From the NCBI GenBank assembly GCA_017415005.1, contig JAFQJK010000015.1:40084-104083 (forward strand): a stretch of 64,000 nucleotides of DNA. Direction: 5' to 3'. Under the pieces are notes generated by a model that ran no database searches, was not told the DNA's origin, and worked only from the letters and a program-made list of their open reading frames with translations. A program made the position numbers and the translations under genes. This stretch comes from Rikenellaceae bacterium (GTDB lineage: Bacteria; Bacteroidota; Bacteroidia; Bacteroidales; Rikenellaceae). The number at the start of each line of letters is the position of its first letter. The stretch's first letter is position 1. Positions 59,794 to 64,000 of the stretch are shown here, one piece after another.

Positions 59794-59856
59794 GGTGTGT
59801 GTCGGTTAGCTATTAATCAGCTTATATACAGTAGGTTGATGTCAGAATGGAAGTTT

Positions 59857-59871
59857 TGGCACCCCCTTCGT
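59857..59871 (+). promoter_or_regulatory. weak candidate sigma-54 (-24/-12) promoter for the kdp operon
   Basis: TGGCAC (59857-59862) is a perfect -24 element. At the correct spacing the -12 element reads TCGT instead of TTGC, so only 2 of 4 positions match, including the conserved G. Confidence 0.3.
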
Positions 59872-59899
59872 ATGCCCCTGTGCCATAAAACGGATTGAT

Positions 59900-60013
59900 A
59901 TGGCACTGGCAATTCTGATCGGGATGTTCTGCGGGGCGGTCTTTATGATCGGACGCATGATGCGCGGCTTTATGAGATTGTTGTCTAACTCAAATAAAAC
60001 AAGGATGAGATGA
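59900..60013 (+). CDS. candidate 37-aa hydrophobic mini-protein upstream of kdpF
   Basis: Manual translation gives MALAILIGMFCGAVFMIGRMMRGFMRLLSNSNKTRMR, one TM-like helix plus a basic tail. Its stop overlaps the next ATG (ATGATGA). It is below the ORF-track cutoff. Confidence 0.35.
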   Translation: MALAILIGMFCGAVFMIGRMMRGFMRLLSNSNKTRMR

Positions 60014-60108
60014 TGAACGGTTTTTTGCTTTTTCTGCTGATGCTGGCCCTCGGAGGGTTGTGCTTCTGGTTTTTCTTTAAGTGTGTCGACTGGTTCGAAA
60101 AAATCTGA
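60010..60108 (+). CDS. candidate 32-aa hydrophobic mini-protein upstream of kdpF
   Basis: Manual translation gives MMNGFLLFLLMLALGGLCFWFFFKCVDWFEKI, one TM-like helix. It ends 6 nt before the kdpF ATG. Confidence 0.35.
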   Translation: MMNGFLLFLLMLALGGLCFWFFFKCVDWFEKI

Positions 60109-60114
60109 TGAGCG

Positions 60115-60195
60115 ATGTTTACTGTATTGTTGATACTGAGTGTAGCCGGGTTCGGGTATCTGATGTATGTGCTCCTCAAACCCGAGAAATTCTGA
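60115..60195 (+). CDS. kdpF: K+-transporting ATPase subunit F
   Basis: 26 aa, MFTVLLILSVAGFGYLMYVLLKPEKF. The GYL.Y.LL.PE.F ending is the KdpF signature, and it lies immediately upstream of kdpA. Confidence 0.78.
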   Translation: MFTVLLILSVAGFGYLMYVLLKPEKF

Positions 60196-60220
60196 TTGTC
60201 TGATCCCAAAATGCAAATAA

Positions 60221-61918
60221 ATGAATACGGAAATTTTAGGCGTCGTCCTGCAGTGGGTCCTGCTCGTGGGGCTCAGCTACCCGCTGGGACGCTATATCGC
60301 CAAAGTGTACAAAGGCGAGCGTACGTGGCTCGACTTCATGGCTCCCATAGAACGATGGGTGTATAAACGCTGCGGAATCAACCCCGAGCAGGAGATGGAC
60401 TGGAAGCAGTTCCTTAAAGCCCTGCTGATGGTCAACCTGTTCTGGTTCGTCTGGGGGATGGTGCTGCTGGTCTGCCAGGGCTGGTTGCCGCTCAATCCCG
60501 ACGGCAATGCGGGACAGACTCCCGACCAGGCGTTCAATACCTGCATCTCGTTCATGGTCAACTGTAACCTGCAGCATTACAGCGGCGAGTCGGGGCTGAC
60601 CTATTTCACCCAACTGTTCGTGATCATGCTGTTCCAGTTCGTTACGGCGGCCTGCGGCATGGCGGCCTTCGCCGGAGTGCTGAAAGCGATGGCGGGCAAG
60701 ACGACCAAAACGATCGGTAACTTCTGGGTCTTTATGACCCGCAGCGTGACCCGTATCCTGATGCCGCTCTCGCTCGTGGTCGGTATCCTGCTGATCGTCA
60801 ACGGCACGCCGATGTCGTTCGACGGCAAGCAGACGCTCACGACGATGGAAGGCGCCACGCAGGAGATCTCGCAGGGCCCTACGGCGGCCATCGTGCCGAT
60901 CAAGCAGCTCGGTACCAACGGAGGCGGCTACTTCGGCGTCAACTCGTCGCATCCGCTTGAGAACCCGAACGCCTTTACCAATATCCTCGAGTGCTGGTCG
61001 ATCCTGATCCTGCCGATGGCGATGGTCTTCGCGCTCGGTTTCTACCTCAAGCGGCGCAAGCTCGCCGCATGGATCTACGGGGTGATGCTCGTGGCCTATA
61101 CGACGGGTATTGTCATTTCGGTCGCGCAGGAGATGGGCGGAAGCCGGCAGATCGACCAGATGGGGATCGCGCAGGACATGGGCTCGATGGAGGGCAAGGA
61201 GGTGCGGATCGGATCGGCAGCCTCGGCCATGTGGGGCATGACCACGACCGTCACCTCGAACGGATCGGTCAACTCGATGCACGACTCGCAGACGCCGGTC
61301 AGCGGGATGTTGCAGATGCTCAACATGCAGATAAACTGCTGGTTCGGAGGTGTCGGCGTCGGGTTTATGAACTACTATGCGTTCCTCATTATCGCCGTCT
61401 TTATCAGCGGCCTCATGGTGGGACGCACGCCCGAGTTCCTCGGCAAGAAGGTCGAGGCCCGCGAGATGAAGATCGCCACGCTGGTCGTGCTGCTGCATCC
61501 GTTCGTGATCCTGGTCGGTACGGCGCTCGCTTCGGGACTGGCCGCCGCGCGTCCCGAGCTAGCCGCCGCCTGGCTTAACAACCCCTCGTTCCACGGGTTC
61601 GGCGAGATGCTCTACGAATACACCTCGTCGGCGGCGAACAACGGATCGGGCTTCGAGGGGCTCAGCGACAACACGCCGTTCTGGAATATATCGACCGGTA
61701 TCGTGCTGATCCTGAGTCGTTATTTCCCGATCGTCGGTCAGGTGGCCATTGCCGGCCTGCTGGCTTCGAAAAAGTATGTTCCCGAGAGCGCCGGAACGCT
61801 CAAGATCGATACCGCGACTTTCTCGATGATGACTTTCGCCGTGATTATCATTGTGGCCGCCCTTGCGTTCTTCCCCGCGCTGACGCTGGGCCCGATCGCC
61901 GATTACCTGACTTTCTAA
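60221..61918 (+). CDS. kdpA: K+-transporting ATPase subunit A
   Basis: 565 aa polytopic protein with KdpA selectivity-filter-like regions ([32 protein letters not shown]). Confidence 0.97.
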   Translation: MNTEILGVVLQWVLLVGLSYPLGRYIAKVYKGERTWLDFMAPIERWVYKRCGINPEQEMDWKQFLKALLMVNLFWFVWGMVLLVCQGWLPLNPDGNAGQTPDQAFNTCISFMVNCNLQHYSGESGLTYFTQLFVIMLFQFVTAACGMAAFAGVLKAMAGKTTKTIGNFWVFMTRSVTRILMPLSLVVGILLIVNGTPMSFDGKQTLTTMEGATQEISQGPTAAIVPIKQLGTNGGGYFGVNSSHPLENPNAFTNILECWSILILPMAMVFALGFYLKRRKLAAWIYGVMLVAYTTGIVISVAQEMGGSRQIDQMGIAQDMGSMEGKEVRIGSAASAMWGMTTTVTSNGSVNSMHDSQTPVSGMLQMLNMQINCWFGGVGVGFMNYYAFLIIAVFISGLMVGRTPEFLGKKVEAREMKIATLVVLLHPFVILVGTALASGLAAARPELAAAWLNNPSFHGFGEMLYEYTSSAANNGSGFEGLSDNTPFWNISTGIVLILSRYFPIVGQVAIAGLLASKKYVPESAGTLKIDTATFSMMTFAVIIIVAALAFFPALTLGPIADYLTF

Positions 61919-61931
61919 TAACGAAACCGCT

Positions 61932-63974
61932 ATGAAACGAAATAGAAACAATTCGCTGTTTGACCGCGAACAGTTGCGCCAGAGCCTGCGCGCCTCGTTC
62001 GCCAAGCTCGACCCGCGCAGGATGGTCAAGAACCCGATCATGTTCGTGGTGGAGGTCGTCACGTTCGTCATGCTGCTGATGGTCTTTTACGTGGCCTTCT
62101 CGGGCAGCGACTCGCAGGGGTCGCTGGGCTACAACGTCGCTATTTTCCTGATCCTTTTCGTGACCGTGCTGTTCGCCAACTTCGCCGAGGCGGTGGCCGA
62201 GGCGCGCGGTAAGGCGCAGGCCGACTCGCTGCGCAAGACCCGCGAGGAGACCCCGGCCAAGCGGGTCGGAGCGGACGGTACGGTGAGCGCGGTGAGCAGT
62301 TGCGATCTGCGCCAGGGCGACCTGTACGAGTGCGTGGCCGGCGATACGATCCCGGCCGACGGCGAGATCGTCGAGGGTCTGGCCTCGATCGACGAGAGTG
62401 CCATCACGGGCGAGTCGGCCCCGGTGATCCGCGAGGCGGGCGGCGACAAGAGCTCCGTCACGGGCGGTACGAAGGTGCTCTCGGACCGGATCGTCGTGCG
62501 TGTCACGGCGCGGCCCGGGGAGAGCTTCCTCGACCGGATGATCGCGCTGGTCGAGGGCTCGTCGCGCCAAAAGACGCCTAACGAGGTGGCGCTGACGATC
62601 CTGCTGGCCGGGTTCACGCTGGTGTTCGTCATCGTCTGCGCCACGCTCAAGCCTTTTGCCGATTACGTAGGGGCCAACATCACCGTGGCGGCGTTCATCT
62701 CGCTCTTTGTCTGCCTGATCCCGACGACGATCGGCGGCCTGCTCTCGGCCATCGGTATCGCCGGCATGGACCGCGCCCTCAGGGCCAATGTGATCACCAA
62801 GTCGGGCAAGGCCGTCGAGACGGCCGGCGACATCGATACGCTGCTGCTCGACAAGACGGGCACCATCACGATCGGCAACCGCAAAGCCACGGCGTTCTAT
62901 CTCGTTGGCGGAGGAGATCCCAAGGCGTTCGCCCGCTTGTGCGTCCTCTCGTCGGTGGCCGACGAGACGCCCGAGGGCAAGTCGATCGTCGAGCTCGGAG
63001 CGGCCCAAGGCGTGAGGATCGACCCGGTGGCGCTGGTGGGCGTGCGCATGGTCAGGTTTACCGCCGAGACCAAGTGCTCGGGCGCCGACCTGCCCGACGG
63101 CGTGCGTATCCGCAAGGGTGCCTCGGAGGCGATCCGCCGGATCGTCGCTGAGGCCGGTCATGAATATGCCACCGAGATCGACGTGATCACGCACCGCATC
63201 GCCGAGAGCGGGGGGACGCCGCTCGTGGTGTGCGAGGATGGCCGGGTGCGCGGCGTGATCGAGCTGCAGGACATCATCAAGACGGGTATCCGCGAGCGTT
63301 TCGAGCGCCTGCGCAAGATGGGCGTCAAGACCGTGATGGTGACGGGTGACAACCCGCTGACGGCGCGCTACATTGCCGAGAAAGCCGGCGTCGACGACTT
63401 TATCGCCGAGGCCAGGCCCGAGGACAAAATGGAGTATATCCGCCGCGAGCAGCAGGCCGGCAAGCTGGTGGCCATGATGGGCGACGGCACGAACGACGCC
63501 CCGGCGCTGGCGCAGGCCGACGTGGGCGTGGCGATGAACAGCGGCACGCAGGCGGCCAAGGAGGCGGGCAACATGGTCGACCTCGACAACGACCCGACCA
63601 AGCTGATCGAGATCGTCGAGATCGGCAAGCAGCTGCTGATGACGCGCGGCACGCTCACCACGTTCTCGATCGCCAACGACGTGGCCAAGTACTTCGCCAT
63701 CGTGCCGGCGCTGTTCATCGCGTCGATCCCCTCGCTCGGGGCGCTCAACATCATGCACCTGCACTCGCCCGAGAGCGCGATCCTCTCGGCGGTGATCTTC
63801 AACGCGGTCATCATCCCGCTGCTGATCCCGCTGGCGCTGCGGGGGGTGGCTTACAAGCCGATCGGGGCCTCGGCCCTGTTGCGCCGCAACCTCTTTATCT
63901 ACGGGCTGGGCGGCGTGATCGTGCCTTTCGTCGGAATCAAGCTGATCGATATGTTGGTAAGTATGTTTTTGTAA
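61932..63974 (+). CDS. kdpB: K+-transporting ATPase subunit B (P-type ATPase)
   Basis: 680 aa. Phosphorylation motif DKTGTIT, then TGDNPLTA and [18 protein letters not shown]. Confidence 0.97.
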   Translation: MKRNRNNSLFDREQLRQSLRASFAKLDPRRMVKNPIMFVVEVVTFVMLLMVFYVAFSGSDSQGSLGYNVAIFLILFVTVLFANFAEAVAEARGKAQADSLRKTREETPAKRVGADGTVSAVSSCDLRQGDLYECVAGDTIPADGEIVEGLASIDESAITGESAPVIREAGGDKSSVTGGTKVLSDRIVVRVTARPGESFLDRMIALVEGSSRQKTPNEVALTILLAGFTLVFVIVCATLKPFADYVGANITVAAFISLFVCLIPTTIGGLLSAIGIAGMDRALRANVITKSGKAVETAGDIDTLLLDKTGTITIGNRKATAFYLVGGGDPKAFARLCVLSSVADETPEGKSIVELGAAQGVRIDPVALVGVRMVRFTAETKCSGADLPDGVRIRKGASEAIRRIVAEAGHEYATEIDVITHRIAESGGTPLVVCEDGRVRGVIELQDIIKTGIRERFERLRKMGVKTVMVTGDNPLTARYIAEKAGVDDFIAEARPEDKMEYIRREQQAGKLVAMMGDGTNDAPALAQADVGVAMNSGTQAAKEAGNMVDLDNDPTKLIEIVEIGKQLLMTRGTLTTFSIANDVAKYFAIVPALFIASIPSLGALNIMHLHSPESAILSAVIFNAVIIPLLIPLALRGVAYKPIGASALLRRNLFIYGLGGVIVPFVGIKLIDMLVSMFL

Positions 63975-63986
63975 TTGGACAATGCG

Positions 63987-64000
63987 ATGAGAAACTTATG
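63987..64000 (+). CDS. kdpC: probable start of kdpC (truncated by the window edge)
   Basis: An ATG at 63987 (MRNL...) lies 12 nt after the kdpB stop. The call rests on the expected operon order only. Confidence 0.35.

Overview
This window reads as a chromosomal segment from a GC-rich Bacteroidota genome, probably Rikenellaceae/Alistipes-like. That placement is an inference from gene content, TAnnTTTG -7 promoter boxes, type V pilin genes and the absence of Shine-Dalgarno sites. Most of it is densely packed housekeeping: rnhB, cysS, ndk, rluD, rpmH, rsmG, tgt, lptF/G, radC, rnc, fabF-acpP, purN, pepE, waaA, rpsO-pnp, deoC and lgt. The right half is more accessory. It carries two MFS transporters, a two-gene type V pilus locus, and nrdDG behind a clear cobalamin riboswitch. 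It also carries a TonB receptor plus three two-component genes, a GC-rich stretch with a 106-nt direct repeat pair, ogt, a secreted Ntn hydrolase and a decayed nucleotidyltransferase gene. The right end holds an ATPase-less TolC/HlyD/ABC-2 exporter and a sigma-54 activator next to kdpFAB. No tRNA, rRNA, CRISPR array, transposase or integrase was seen. I did not find a canonical defence or mobile system. The best candidates for unexplained biology are four: the output-less TonB-receptor/kinase/membrane-tethered-receiver cluster, the repeat-bounded 1-kb segment at the 3' end of the hybrid kinase, the tandemly duplicated promoter/palindrome units upstream of lgt, and two unannotated hydrophobic mini-ORFs coupled to kdpF. 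Many long ORFs in the track are antisense shadow frames caused by high GC and were rejected.
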